Shown: one piece after another, positions 25,814 to 40,044 of the stretch
How positions within the stretch are numbered: the first letter of the stretch is position 1
How the letters are laid out: each line of letters opens with the position of its first letter
Origin: Podarcis bocagei
Taxonomy: Eukaryota
Assembly (NCBI GenBank): GCA_964188305.1
Contig: OZ076890.1
Length of the DNA: 64,000 bases
Strand: one strand, 5' to 3'
Made by a program: the position numbers and the translations under genes
Notes under the pieces: generated by a model
What the model was told of the DNA's origin: nothing
What the model saw: only the letters and a program-made list of their open reading frames with translations
The model's database searches: none

Positions 25814-27999
25814 CACCTGTAGGCTGTCTCAAGTGTCCTACATATGGTGAAAATCATTATATTCTGCTAGATTGTACCGGTATTGTTAATCTGTAATCTA
25901 TTGCTGCATGCTACCTACCTTTTCATAGAGTTAAGAGTTTATAATTGTTTCATGGGTTATAAGTATGGCCAAGACTAACATTTTTGAGAGCTCTACAGCT
26001 TTCAGGCTGTCAGCAGGACACCCCCAAAAATATTTTAATTCATTTTTATTTACATACATTTGGTGTATATTGAATATTGGACAATACTAAAATCACAAGT
26101 AACTGATAGGTTTTAGTCTCTAGCTGCACCTAGCAGCAGTTTTCAAACTATATAGTCAACGTGTTGACTTTTTCTGCATTGCTATTTTACTTCTAATTAA
26201 GCAATCTTCATTCTTAGCTCAATGATTCCTTTCAAGAGATTGTTCTTCACTAAGAGTTACATCACTGTTTTTCTAAAGGGTTGCTGTGGACTTACAACTT
26301 TATTCAACCCCAACCAACAGATCCAGTGGTAAAGGATGTGTAAATTATAGGTCAGCAGGCCACAGCTCCCACCCCCCCTCCCTGGTAGCCATGCACTTAC
26401 AAATGCAAGCAGTAGTTTTCCAATTGCCGTACATCTAGGAAAAGCCACACCTGCTTCTGAGACTTACTGGGTTGCTCTTTAAAGCAATTTGTGCTCACAC
26501 AGCTTTGCTCCACACATACGTAAGACAGCAGCCTGTTATTTTCAGATAGTGTGCTCTCTACCACGTGTATTCTAAAGGTTACGCTATATAGTTCTTGAAA
26601 GGAAATGAGAAAACTGCTGCCTGTGACATCATTAAGAGTACATGTCATTAGCTCAGCTTCAAAAATATTCCAATTTCTGTTTTCCAGTTAGCAGCACTGT
26701 TTTCACAGTTAGCAGTGTATATTTCTTACATGCTTCAACTTCCTTTTGTGAAAGCCGCCTTCCCTCCACCTCGTTTATCAGCAAAATACAGCATGCTCGT
26801 GATAACATCATGCAAAGCAAGAAGTATGTTAAGTGTCTAGAAAATGTATGCTCCCACAGCGTTGCTTTTACTATCTGTGGTCCTCTGAAAACTATTGCAT
26901 CTACTAAACATTGAAACTTGTTTTCTCTATATTTGCGCAATGTACTTAGGGCACCGATAAATCCTTATGCTATTTACATGGTATGGGGCAAAGCAGACTA
27001 CAGAACAGGAGTTCACTTCAGTCTTTTCATTAAATGGAAAGCAGGAACTTCTACTTGCACCTGCTGTAGCAATCTTTCTCATGTTGTTGTGCTGCTGCTG
27101 TGAGAGCTGTCACAAGAAAAAAGGTGGGGAAGCTGGAAAATATATTGTATAAGCAGTAGCCTTAACTCTGGATGCAGTCCTTTGAGCCATGTTCCAAGCA
27201 GCCCAAAATGACATTCTAGGGAAACTGATGTACCATCAAAACATCTCTCCACTATTTGGATATGGGCTGCTTTGACTATCCCTCTTTCCTTGAACAGGTG
27301 ACCATGTGAAACGGCTTTTGGAGGGAGACACCCTCCTCCCAAGTTTGCCAAAAGACCCTTGGGTGCAGCTGCATAGTTTTGGTCCTTATTAAACAGGCTT
27401 CTTTAAGACAAAACTGGGCTTTTGTATCCAACACTGCAAACCGTTCTGCTCATGCAACAGGACTTCTTCCACTTGTGTGTACCCCCAACCCTCTGGAGAA
27501 ATTTATAGTGTGCCAGGGAGTAAAGGGGACAGGAAGGCCCTATTACACAAGCAGAACATTATAAGTGCCTTAAACATACCTAACATTTTGTTCAGCATTA
27601 TAGAACTGTTTAAAGGATTCTATTTTGCCATTAATCTAAGCATATCACTCTCTTTCTACTCCCATTTGACATGTCTTTGCTATATAGCAAAGTGTAAGAA
27701 TGTTGCATTGTGTACTAAGAACCAAGTTTGAGATCTTGCCTTCCTGAAGCTTGATGAAACAGCACACAGACCTGCTGGATCAGAAGAAAGGCCCAAAGTC
27801 CTGCTTCCTGTTCTCAAACTGGTATACCAGATACTTGAGCTATCTGGACAACTTCATACACAATCTAAAACAGTTCCTTTGTAAGGTGATTAAAATTTCA
27901 GGACCATTTACACATCTATAAAATGTTTAGACAAACTGTTAAAACTAAAAAGAAAATGCCTCTCACACACATTGTACCAGTTTTGAACAAAAGGTAGCA

Positions 28000-28005
28000 T
28001 TTATT
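28000..28005 (-). terminator. RPL8: RPL8 poly(A) signal AATAAA
   Basis: tttatt on +, 27 nt downstream of the stop. Confidence 0.85.
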
Positions 28006-28032
28006 TCTTTATGAATATATTGAACTGAATAT

Positions 28033-28191
<159 letters not shown>

Positions 28192-28856
28192 CTATGAAAG
28201 AAAAGCAGCAACCAGAGTAAAAAATAAGGCAGGAAATTATTTCCAATACAAAAAAAAGGGGGGGAAGAGAGAGAAACCAGCAACAAAGTTTATCACTAAG
28301 CTCTATCTGCATAGTTTGCTTAGATAAAAGGCATGATTTGATGACCTTCAGGAAATGCTACAAAGTGAAGGTGTTACATTCTGCTGTTGATTTAACAACT
28401 TAGCTTGTTTTACCTTTGAACTGAATGCTGATTTTTTTAAACATTCGTTATGGGGACAGCACCACTACAGATATATATATTGAATTACAAGCCTTAAAAC
28501 TTAGCTTGCTTCATTAATGTAATGGTTGTAAAGAAAACTTGGATGGACACTTAGGGCATATTAGCACTATCTCCATTAGCAGCCATTTTATCTGGCTTCA
28601 TCTGCAGGAGGAACCAGTTCAATCCCCTATCTTTGTTGGAACCAGCTACCTGTTGGTTCCTATCCTTGTGGAACCGTATTCTCCATACTATGAAGGAGTC
28701 ACTAGCCAGGTCTGATTACATTTCTTCTCCCTCTCCATTCCATTTTCCTTGTCTAATGTCACTAAAATAGATTACATCTTAAAACTGCGAACCACCATCA
28801 GTGTATCAAGGTAGTAGGTTAAGTAACTAGAGGAAGCAGGTGCAAGAAAGACTTAC

Positions 28857-28972
28857 GTTCATAGCTACACCACGGACACGTGGCCAGCAGTTTCTCTTTG
28901 CCTTGTATTTGTGGTAAGCCCGTCCAGCTTTCAAGATAGGTTTGTCAATACGACCACCACCAGCAACAATAC
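28857..28972 (-). CDS. RPL8: RPL8 coding exon ([38 protein letters not shown])
   Basis: uL2 motif; ag/gt sites. Confidence 0.97.
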
Positions 28973-30944
28973 CTGGAAGATTTTTTGCAAGAGATTTCCC
29001 CTGTTATTATTTTCCAAAAACAGTATTAGTGCTTTAACTGTTCCCATTAAACATGGTTAGTTATGCTCTTTGTAGGCCTTCCAAGTGCTGAGCACTAATA
29101 GTAGCAATAGACAATGTTTACCAAATTATTTCATTCGAAACTTTCCATTTGCTTTGCTTCTGGGAAATGCTTTCATATTGTCTCACAGTTCACTTTGGTA
29201 AAAATATTTGAACCTTCCATATTTAGTACTGTGATCAGACTTCTAAATGAGACTGCAGCACTGAGGATGCTAATGTGTGCCCTTGAGGCTGCCCACAAGT
29301 CTCTTAGACTCCGTTATAAGGTGGCAGGGGTGGCAATTATTATTTGTATACTGCCTTATACCCATAGATCTCAGAACAGAACACAGCCACCACCTCCCAC
29401 ATCAAGGCTAAAGGAAGAAGTGGTAGGACCTTTCCCACTCACTCTTTCAGCACTATGTGTATTCTAAGGTTCAGATTGGCCCCTGATCAGAAAGCAGAGT
29501 GACTTGTGAGGGTAAGTAGGGAAAGTGAAGCAATCTAGCCTGGGGGAAGAAAAATAAGACTGAAAAGTGAAGTCCGAAGACAATGAATTAAGAAACTTGA
29601 GTAAATGTAAATGTCTTGAAATTAAAAGTTTTTCCTACAGGTTCTCTTACTACCATATTATCACATACTGCATCAGTCTCCATTGAATGAATGTCACATT
29701 TAGTACTTTCTAGTGTCACCATGGTGCAGAAACATGGATCCAAAACACAGAACCCCATTGTTTATAGGGACTCCATCAAAACCATTATCTATCCACACAT
29801 AACCAGATCACAGATGTATTCTGTGATTCTGTTGTCGTACTATGTAAAAATCATGATTCATGGCATGGATCAATGATTTCCCGGTGCTGGCAAGGAATGA
29901 TTCTGTGAAGTCTACCTTTTTAAGCTAAAATTTGACAATGCTTTGGGGGGGGGAGACCATGTAAAACCATGCAGATTCAAGAGGATCTGTTTTAATTCTG
30001 CTGAATGATTTTATCCAGACCACCTGGAAAAGTGGAAGTTTGTCTATGTTCGCTTTTTGGGTGGGCAGGAAAAAAGCGACCAGAGGGAGTAATGTCCATG
30101 GCACTCTCAAAATTCCAAATTTGTGTAATCCACAAAGAAAAGCTAAAAGTGGAATATTATGTGATTACCTGTAGCTGTATTATATTTATGCTGTTATGAT
30201 TATTAGTTATACACTTTCCTTTTTCTGTATATTTCTTCATTATTGTATATTTGGATAATTTGCAGTAAAACATTTTTTTTAATTCCAAATGTGCCCAGGG
30301 CAAAAAAAGAGGAAAAAAATAAGAGGTTGGTGACCACTGCTGTGGCAACACAGTATTAAATAATGACACAGAACACATTTTGTGCAATGTCATTTTTAAA
30401 GACTGGATTCTAATTTCTTAAGTGCTTACAAGCAGCTATAGTGACAAATACCAAGACACCAATAAGAATGCAACAATGTCAGGGGCTTAATCACCTTCTC
30501 ATTCTTGCAATGCAATATGCCCATTGTCTATCAGCAATGCCCTTCTGCTGTCAACAGAGACTAAAGAGGTCAGACTCAATGCAAAATAATATATGCTAAA
30601 AAAAAATCTCTTTTAAGACACCCAGCTGCCAACTCAAAGTCACAATTATTCAATAAAGAACATCAAAGACCAAATGAATTTGCTTGACTAGACAGTTGGA
30701 AAATCTTAAGCTCCAAATAATCAGTCATGGTTATGTTCTTCTCTTTCACTACAGGCCTTAAATTAGTATAAGAAAGTTAGTAAAATGGTGATATCATGGA
30801 TTGCTGTTGTAGTAAATAGCCAATTCGGTTGAGTTTGCAGAAAACCTCCTCCATGTTAAGCCCTTTTTCGAAGTGTTATTAGTTGGAAGCGCCAGAACAC
30901 CTCTACAATCCAGATTCTGCAAGTACTGCAGTGTCCTTAAACTA

Positions 30945-31250
<306 letters not shown>

Positions 31251-31352
31251 TTAGAGCTGCAGTATCACTCTAATGTGCCACCTCTCTTGAAATCTACATT
31301 TTCAAGTTACCTAACTATTTCCAAAAATATGCACAACTGTTTATTGTCTTTA

Positions 31353-31499
<147 letters not shown>

Positions 31500-32472
31500 C
31501 TATTGAAATATAAATACAGTTTAAGAATCTTATAATTTCAGATAGTTAGCAACACTGCCAATATACTCAGTGAATTACATGCACTTTCCAGATCAAAAGG
31601 CCAGGCATTTGAGATAACTGTTTAGCCCTACTAGGTAATATTACATATCTACATAACTTATGAGCTGCCTCATTTCCACATATTTTCCATTTGGGAATGG
31701 CTGAGGTTAAACAAAGTTGGAATAAAGGCAATCCTCCCCTAAATCAATCAAAAGTTTTGTCCCTTAGCCTCAGTGCTTTTCAACTCTGCCACTGCCTTTT
31801 AAATGGAAGCCTATAGTTGTCTTGCTCTCAAGCAAGCTTAAATATTTTTCAGAACTACCTTATTGGTATGCACTTACCTTCTTCCCTACCATCTCGTTTT
31901 TCTATTGTTATCAACCATCAGCAGAACAAAACCATTAAGAAAATATAGTGTGACTTTAGGATTTTTCTTAAGACCTGCAATGTTGGAGCCTGTCAGAGCA
32001 CAGGTTACTGACTGAGTTTTGGAGATATGGGGGCCACTGCAGAATTCCCCATCCAAGGTAAGTTATAAACCATGTCATGATGCAGTTTATTTCCTTACCC
32101 ACAGTCAGTACCTCAAGTCTTGTCTGGGTCTCAACCTCAACTTGTTTGTTCTCACTGCCCCCTAGACTGCCTCCAGACACTGACTTCAATAGCCTCCATG
32201 GTATTATTAAATGGAAACAAGACAGTATGATTTGCATACTGCTGACAGTGGTTTCATGTAGATGTTAATATTTACATAACCCACATTCAACATACTACCA
32301 GATTCATCAAGATGATAAAATACAAATATAAACATGCATCGTATTAATACATACTGTGTCAATCTTAAAAACATCAAATCATTTCAGAAATTTTGTACTT
32401 TAGAATTTCACAAAAGTATGCATAACAAAATAATACTGCCTGCACTAGTTCTCTTGACTGTATAAACTGCTA

Positions 32473-32724
<252 letters not shown>

Positions 32725-33339
32725 TTATTAGGATGCTTATTTAGAAAATCCAGCTGTCTCTAGTGTAGAAAGATTCTTTAGTATGGGTCTCTGTCCCACC
32801 CATCTTTCAGTTTAAAACACTTTCAGTATCTAGTGTGCTTGTTTTCTATATCACAAGTATTTTAACTGCATTTCTAGATCTCACACACAGTGTTCCTATC
32901 AATCTAATGCACTATTTATGGTTTCTCAAAGCCCTCTCAAATGCCAAAGTTTGAGAGTGCAGCTTTTTTGTATGGGAACTTACTTTCTCCTCTATAGTCA
33001 TGGTCTCACACAGCACTGTACAGGTTAAACACACACAAACACATACCCCAATGTTTTTATGTTCTTTTGAAAGTTTTTCAATGAAAATGTTTGCAACCCA
33101 TACAGTACTGCTTTCTGCACCAAGTTTTTCTTGGTGTATGGACCTCAAGCTTAAAGACTTGCAATATGAAAGTTAGCTCATTTAAAAAATACAACAGGGC
33201 CTTTGACTAAAACGGAGTAGAAGAAAAATATTTGTGACAGCAGGAGTTTCATATATCTTAAGAATCCTCTAACTGTGTTATTCTATTCTGTTCTGAGGGA
33301 TCGCCCTGAATGGCTGCCGTTACAGACATTTTTTAAAAC

Positions 33340-34030
33340 ACAAAATCACGAGGACAGAAATATCCCCCTCCGCCTGTTCCCCTCGAGCTCGGTCTCCCGT
33401 CGGAGCCCATCCTCCGCTGCTCGTGGCCTCGGCAGCCAAAGGAAAATCCAGGCTCGCCCGGCAGCGGGAAGTGAATCGTTCATGGGAGCCGCACGAAAAG
33501 AAGCGCGAAATGTTTCCCGCCGCGAAATCGGCCGGGGGAAGCGGAGGTCGATGCCGGCCATAGATGGCCGGCGGGGTGCCGCCGCGGCCCCGATGGACAC
33601 GGATACGCTCCCGAGGCCTGTTTCGTGTCTTACCTCAGCCGGGGCTTGGCTCGGAAAGAAGGAAGCTCCGGAGGTCACGGTGCCACCAAGTCCTTCCGGC
33701 CTGGACGGCGAGCGGCAGGCGTAGAGGCGTCAGGGGCCTGACGGGTAATGTAGTTCCGGCATCCGGGTACTTAAACTCCGCGGAAAAGGCTCTGGGGCAC
33801 GTGACGCGCTCCGAGCCTCCCCGTTCTGTTCAGTGCAGGACGCGGCTTCTCCGTCTCCCCTGCCATAAAAAAGCGCAAGGATGCGCAAAATGGCAGCGAA
33901 GCGCCCGCCGCTCCCGCTTCTCCTTTCCGTCACCCATGACGAGAGTTCGTGGGAAAGGCGTTGGAGAGCCGCTGCTGCTGCCCGTGCCCTGGAAATGGCG
34001 GGCTGTCGGCGAAACATCCCCCGTGTATAT
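33340..34030 (-). promoter_or_regulatory. RPL8 CpG-island promoter: ZNF143/THAP11-like ACTACAnnnCCC (33733-33754), E-box CACGTGAC (33798), ETS/GABP CGGAA cores, YY1 GCCAT cores
   Basis: High CpG; motif matches read by eye. Confidence 0.75.
33634..33665 (-). promoter_or_regulatory. RPL8: RPL8 non-coding exon 1 starting with a 5'TOP/TCT tract (CTTCCTTCTTTCC)
   Basis: Pyrimidine tract in a CpG island followed by GAG|gtaaga donor; typical of ribosomal-protein genes. Confidence 0.8.
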
Positions 34031-35679
34031 TTACCCCGAAGAAAATCGCAATAAGTTAAATGGGACTTAATGCCCCCACCCCACTTTCTGGTATGTTATG
34101 ATTCATAGGCGGTTCTTGCTGTTTTGTAATTGACTTGAAAATTGTCTTTAAAAAAAAATATCCACTGGGCTCCTTCCGCAGCAAGTTGGCTTAATAAGAT
34201 TGCCCCTGAAATTTGTCGCCCTCCCTTTCGAATCTGCGCTGTCCCTGCAGCGGATAAAGCGCCGGCTTGATTCCAGCTGCACTGCTGCTCCCTTTGCGCG
34301 GCCACACCAGGTTATGTAACGCGCGCCGCCTTCCTTTCAGCGGCAATGGAGCTTGTGCTCTTGTCAGGGCTTTTTTCCCTCTCTCTCTCACTCTCCCCTC
34401 CCCGCCCGCCGGGGCTGTGTTGGCATTTAAAAGCTGCGTCACGACAAGCAGCAGTTCGGCAGGTGAAGCTGTCAGTGCAGATACAATGGGCGAGAAAAGC
34501 TTCACATTTGCTGATTTCCTGCTTGGCAGGAGGCTGTTGGAAGGCATCGGAGCCATCCTGAAAAACGAGTCGGGGTTAGGCCATTAGAGAATTGGGAGGC
34601 TTTCATTCAGGCAAACTAAAATATCCTTGCTTGCTGAGATTAGGTAATGCTGTCATGTTTCTTTTAAACCAGTGGCTCTTAACCATGTTTGGGTCATGGG
34701 CTCTTCTGAGAACTTGATGAAAGCTATGGACCCCCCTCCCCAGAAAAAATATACACAAACACATATAGGCACAAACACTAAACACAAAATATGCATACAA
34801 ATTTTATTTACAGCATTGGGAGAAAAAAGTATTTTTTGGGTACAGATCCCCTGAAACATAGGTAAAGAACCCCATTTTTAAACTAAGAAGCTGCTCTGCT
34901 GACACCTTTCAACTCAGACCCAAGGTCTACAACATCCCTTGTTAGTTTCCAATTTTGGAGAAATACTGTCTGTTGATCCCTAGGACAGGCAATATCCAAA
35001 ATGTTTCAAATAATACCTTTTTATAGTGTTCTTTATTTTTATTAAATTATTTCAGCATACAACAACAGTTTGCAGATAAATAATGAAATATCCTAGCCCA
35101 GAAGCTGGTGTTTAGGCAATACATGCATAATAACAGCCAAATAACACAAGTTTTTATCCCAATCTACTCTTTTACAGATGGTGATGAACAGTTTAGGTTA
35201 ACCAAAAAGTTTTAAAGTGTGAGGGGACCTCTCTACTTTTGTTTTTAGCTGTGTGCATAATAAAACTGTCATTCATTTACAAAGGAGTCTTTGTGCTTCA
35301 TTCTAATAATACCTTTTTATTGGATGAATTGCATTGGCAGGTAACAGACTTCTGATATGTACTGAATTCTTTCTTAGATCCAATGGAAACTATATGAACC
35401 ATTTCAGATATTGTTGCCTTTTTAAAAAACAGCATCTAAACTAATATCCAATTCAGTGCTTTGTTTGGATGCAAGGCATGTTATTGGCTCAAAATACAAC
35501 TAGGTTGTTCTGTTTCTTTATTTGGATTGAAGCTGGTGTGTGTGTACACCACTTCCCAAACCAGCAACAGGAGCACATGGGAGTAAATGGGAGTGTGTAC
35601 ACAACCACTGTACACCTCCAGTTTCTGATTGTCTTTTACATATGTAACACCCGTGTCTGAGAAATTAGCCAGTTGCCTG

Positions 35680-36610
35680 CCCTGGAGACGGTTGTACTCC
35701 CCTTGAAGGAGCAAGCATACAGTCTGCAGACGCTTTGGGAACCAGCTTTTGTCACTGGAGGCACAGCTGACAATAATACACACAGAGCTTGCAACAGAGT
35801 CCATCACTCTGCTGCTACAGATTAAGCCACATTGGTGTATGCGTTGGAGCTGTGGGACTGAAGGGAGAAAAGAATAAAAATACCACCGCCAGGAAAACCA
35901 ATTATTCTAAGGGCCTGGGTAAAAGGGTAACTAATCCATTAACTAGAGGCTTTGGAAAAAGCAAGAAAGTAGTGCAACTTCAAGTCATGGATGTGATTCT
36001 AACAGTGGGCCTTATACAGGCAGGTTGATGGTTTCTCATGATATGACAGATACTTGAAGCAAATCTGCAGTGACAAATATTTCAGTAATGTCTGAATGTA
36101 AGAACTAGAAATGTCTTTTGTCAGTTTGGCTGGTACAACAGCTACAGCCATTGCTGGACTTGACCACAGTACAGTAGTAGTCCAGGCACCGTTAAAGATT
36201 TGATTTCGTCAATGAACTCTATGTAAGGCTTCCCTTCTGCTTGGTCTGGAAACTGCAGTTAGTGCAGAATGCTGCACGACTGGTAACAGGAGTGAGACCC
36301 TGTCAGCATATTACACCTCTGCTCAGAGATCTGTACTGGCTGCTGGTTTGTTACTAGGTCAAATTCAAGGTGTTATTATTAGTATATAAAGCCTTCAACA
36401 GCTTGGGACCAGTTTGCTTGAAGGATCGCCTTACCCCATCTACGCCCATTTGACGGCTTCGATCTGTGCAGCTGGCGCTTCTACAAGTGCCACATAATAA
36501 CCATTCTGCACCTACATTCTGAAACGCCCTGCCAATTAATATTAGGCAAGTGCCATCACCATGTTGTTTTCAGCACCTGCAACAGACGTTTTTGTTTTGG
36601 CAAGTCTGCC
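35680..36610 (+). mobile_element. Degraded L2-clade LINE 3' fragments
   Basis: Broken translation resembling KLQLVQNAA(A)RLVTG...HITPLLRDL.WL...QFKVL.L.YKA and PLKEQ..SL. Confidence 0.75.
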
Positions 36611-36779
36611 AAGGCATGCAACTTTAACATGCAATTTTATTATAAACCCTAAACAACATAGGGCCCAAATATCTGAAAGATGCTTCCAGCTCTACAGACC
36701 CTCTAGGTATTAACCCTTTTGGTTCCACCACCCACCTGCAGTCTCTTGTGTTTATTTTTCAAGGAGAGGACATTCCTTG

Positions 36780-38070
36780 AGGACGTTTTCAAGGGAGAGG
36801 ACATTCCATTATGATTTACAGTGTCGAAGGCCTTAGTCAGGTCAATAAACACCATATACAGGGGTTGGGTTTGCTCTCTGCATTTTTCTTGAAACTGTCG
36901 AGCAGTGAAAATCATACCCTCTGCCCCCCCTAGAAGTTCAAAAACCATTTGGGTATTTAGGAAGGGTGCCCTCAGATATAGTTAGGAGAAGGTTTGCTAA
37001 GATCCTTCAAGAATTTGTTAATAAAGAGATGCCTCAATATTTGCACGATACATTCTATCACCTTTTTTTAAAAAAAAAAGATTGATAATTTTGGCATCCC
37101 TAAAGTCTGCTGGGATCTCTTCTCTCGCCCATATTTTTCAGATGAGCTTGTGTGTAGTAAGTTCAATTCTGTTCACTTTGAAGACTTTGGCAGGTATCCC
37201 ATCAAGTTCGATGACTTTTTTGTTTTTCATTTGGTTAATGGCAGTACACAACTCTCCCAGATTTGGAGATACTGCAAGCTCATGTCTAATTTGTTTTTGC
37301 AGGGCCACCATTTTTATCTGTAAGCTGTCTTGAGTCCTTGGCAGGGAAAAAGGTAGAGAACAGCTGCCTGGATGCTTGTGGAGCGACAAGAGAAACATGA
37401 GAACAGTGATGACTAGATGCTCATTGCGGGCAGGTGGCGCTGTTACGTGAGTGAATATGGGGAAGAGTGTCATATCACCTAGGGATTCTTACAGTCCGCA
37501 TATCTCATCTTTGTCCTTCATCTCCCAATGAAAAGCTCCCAGGGTCTCCATTCCAACTGCACCAGTTGTAGAACACAAGGTAGCCATTTGCAACGTTGCT
37601 CATCTTTTCTACAGTAGGGAGTTGCTCTGTAGTTTCAGTTTGTTCTGTTCCATATGCCCTGGTTCATATCCTGCACGCATGAGCGTCGTGACTGTTTGGC
37701 CAGCAGTGGCAATACCCAAAGACGAGTCTGCTATTGTGCTCCTCGTTGCTTTCCCTGGGATGTAGTGGAAGTTTGTTTGCAGTGGGGTTATAGCGGCCAC
37801 CAGGGCCTCTGTTTTTACACACTACAGATTTACCCTATATCCCCTTGTACAAGGAAAACTCGCAGGTAAGGTTAAGCCAATCCACATTTTGTCCCTATTC
37901 TGGTGAGAGATACTTTGTGGCCTTGAGTGCTTTCCACGTCTTTCTTTCCTTGGGGAAGTTGGAGTAAGTGCAGGTGCCATACTTTGAGGCATGGTCTCCC
38001 CTTCCATGCTTACCCGTGTGTCGTGGGGGGGGGTGCCTTGTTCTTAGACCACCATTTGCAGGAGTGGAGA
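36780..38070 (-). mobile_element. Degraded RTE (BovB-like) LINE
   Basis: MIFTARQFQEKCREQTQPLYMVFIDLTKAFDTV reverse-transcriptase motif; DGIPAKVFK segment. Confidence 0.85.
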
Positions 38071-38081
38071 TTTTTAATGGG

Positions 38082-38307
38082 TACAGTAATACCTCCATGA
38101 CCGTCCGCCTTGTCTAGCGTCCATTCTGGCGAACGTCCACGTTAAACCCGGAAGTACCGGAATGGGTTACTTCCAGGTTTGTTGCTTGCGCATGCATGGA
38201 AGCACAAACCGTTCTGTGCACAGATGCGGCACTTTGCCCTGCGTCCTTTTCAGCTAGCAGCCGGGGCTCTGGAACGGATCCCAGCCGCAAGACAAGGTAC
38301 GACTGTA
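38082..38307. mobile_element. Tigger-like MITE
   Basis: TA cagtaatacct ... aggtacgactg TA. Confidence 0.7.
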
Positions 38308-39659
38308 TTAGTGTCCTGACATGCGCTCACAGCAGCCTAAAGAACAAAAGATGAACAGACTCTGGGCCACAACTAGGATAGTCATGTTTACAGACGTTGG
38401 ACTTTACATGTTGGCCTTTGGCAATCCAATATGTGGCTGTGTGATAGGACAGGCTTGCCTGCATGGAGGCTCTGAACCATTATCTGAACCATTACCTGCA
38501 CCATTCTACTTTTTGTAACAGCATTTTAAGTTAACCAATGTGTTTTACAATCTTCTTATCCTCACGATGACATTGTCAAGCAGATCATAGTGCTGCTTGA
38601 ACATTATAACAAAACAAACAGTACTAGTCTCTTGAAAATACAGTGGCATGAACTGTCTTGGGCTAGACTCCACTTCACTAGATGCATCATTCTTAGTAAC
38701 CCACAAAAGCATATTGTTACACTTGCCAGCTTTAAACTGCTGCTGGACTGTTGTCTTATTTCTGGTGTAAGCCATGGCTAGCTGGCTACCTCTTTGATTA
38801 AAAGTGTGCCAGAGTTGTGTACTCAGTATCATACAATGAGCCATATTCTGGTGGGCTGGTTTTGTTTTTTTAAAAGGTATAAGACAAGGCTCTTGCCAGT
38901 TGGATTACTGAGAAGGAAAATGTGCTGCCAATATTGTGCCCAATCAAAATGTGACACAACCTAAGTATTTTAAGTTGTATAGGAGGAGACACAATTAAGA
39001 ATCATGAGCCTCAGAAATGAATAAATAGCATGAGCATGTACAAGAGTGTGCTTGCCTCCCCAACATAGAATTTGTTTGTATTTAATAACTTCAGCCTAAA
39101 CCCTTAGTCAGCTATGTGATACATGGAATCACTTTTTTTTACCAAAATGCCAAGGGGAAAAAAGAAAAAAAGACGAAAGTTGATTTAACAGCAACAAATA
39201 ATTATTATTGTATTGCTAAGGCGGGGGGCAGGAATCAGGACTCGGCTACATTGGCTACATTGGCAAAGTAAAAGGGCTTTATATGCTTTCTAACACTGTG
39301 ACACCAGGTGGCGCTGTAGAGTTCTGTTTTTGCCAACCCGATTTCTCATACAAAGTTTAGAACACGTTTATGAAATGCTTCTTTGATGTGTCTTGATCCA
39401 GCCTCAGTTTCTTACGTGTTCCAGTTCCCTAGAACAGCTCCAGTCTAGGTTTCACAAAAAACACAGGAACCTAGGCTCTGTGGCAGATTTTTGGTGGGCT
39501 ATATCACACCTAATCATGGAGTTTGTGATTTGGTCACCATCATTTGCCCACCTTACAATCACTACAATCGAGTTCTGCAATCTATCCGCCCAATGGCAGT
39601 TTGTACACATACACAATAAATGTCCCTAGGTCCATTCAAGCTATAAGTATGAGCACACA

Positions 39660-40044
39660 CCCGTTCTCAGGTGGTACGGGCAGAGAGTGGCAGCGGCAGT
39701 TGGGACTCACATGCCCCTCGGTGGGCTAAAGCCAGGCACCTCGGTCGGCTAGCGCCAGTCGCAGCAGACCGGCTGCATCTCCTGTTCCTCCTCCTAGCAG
39801 ACCTTCTCGCTCTCTCATCCACGCTCCTCCCTCCCTCCCTGCTCCTCGCCGCCTTCTGACTCCCTCTCAGGGACCCCCTCGCCACACCGCCATCTTGGGA
39901 GCCGGTCCAGCCGAAACCAAGCAACATCTGGGGACGAGCCTGCTCCAAGCCAATTTTAGTAAGGTTGCGAATATAAGCTGCACTTTAACGTTTCACGGTC
40001 GGAATTTGGGGGAAAGTGAGGCTTATATTCAGGCCAATACGGTA
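39660..40044. mobile_element. Partial Tc1/mariner (Tc2/pogo-like) element, one end
   Basis: Ends ...cttatattcaggccaatacgg TA, similar to termini at 13723 and 45542; GC-rich interior. Confidence 0.55.

Noticed and set aside
29669-29728. C/D snoRNA-like layout in RPL8 intron 4 (TGCA stem, ATGGTGA ... CTGA on the minus strand)
   Set aside because: The C box has G in place of the A needed for the k-turn GA pair, and no rRNA antisense element was recognised.
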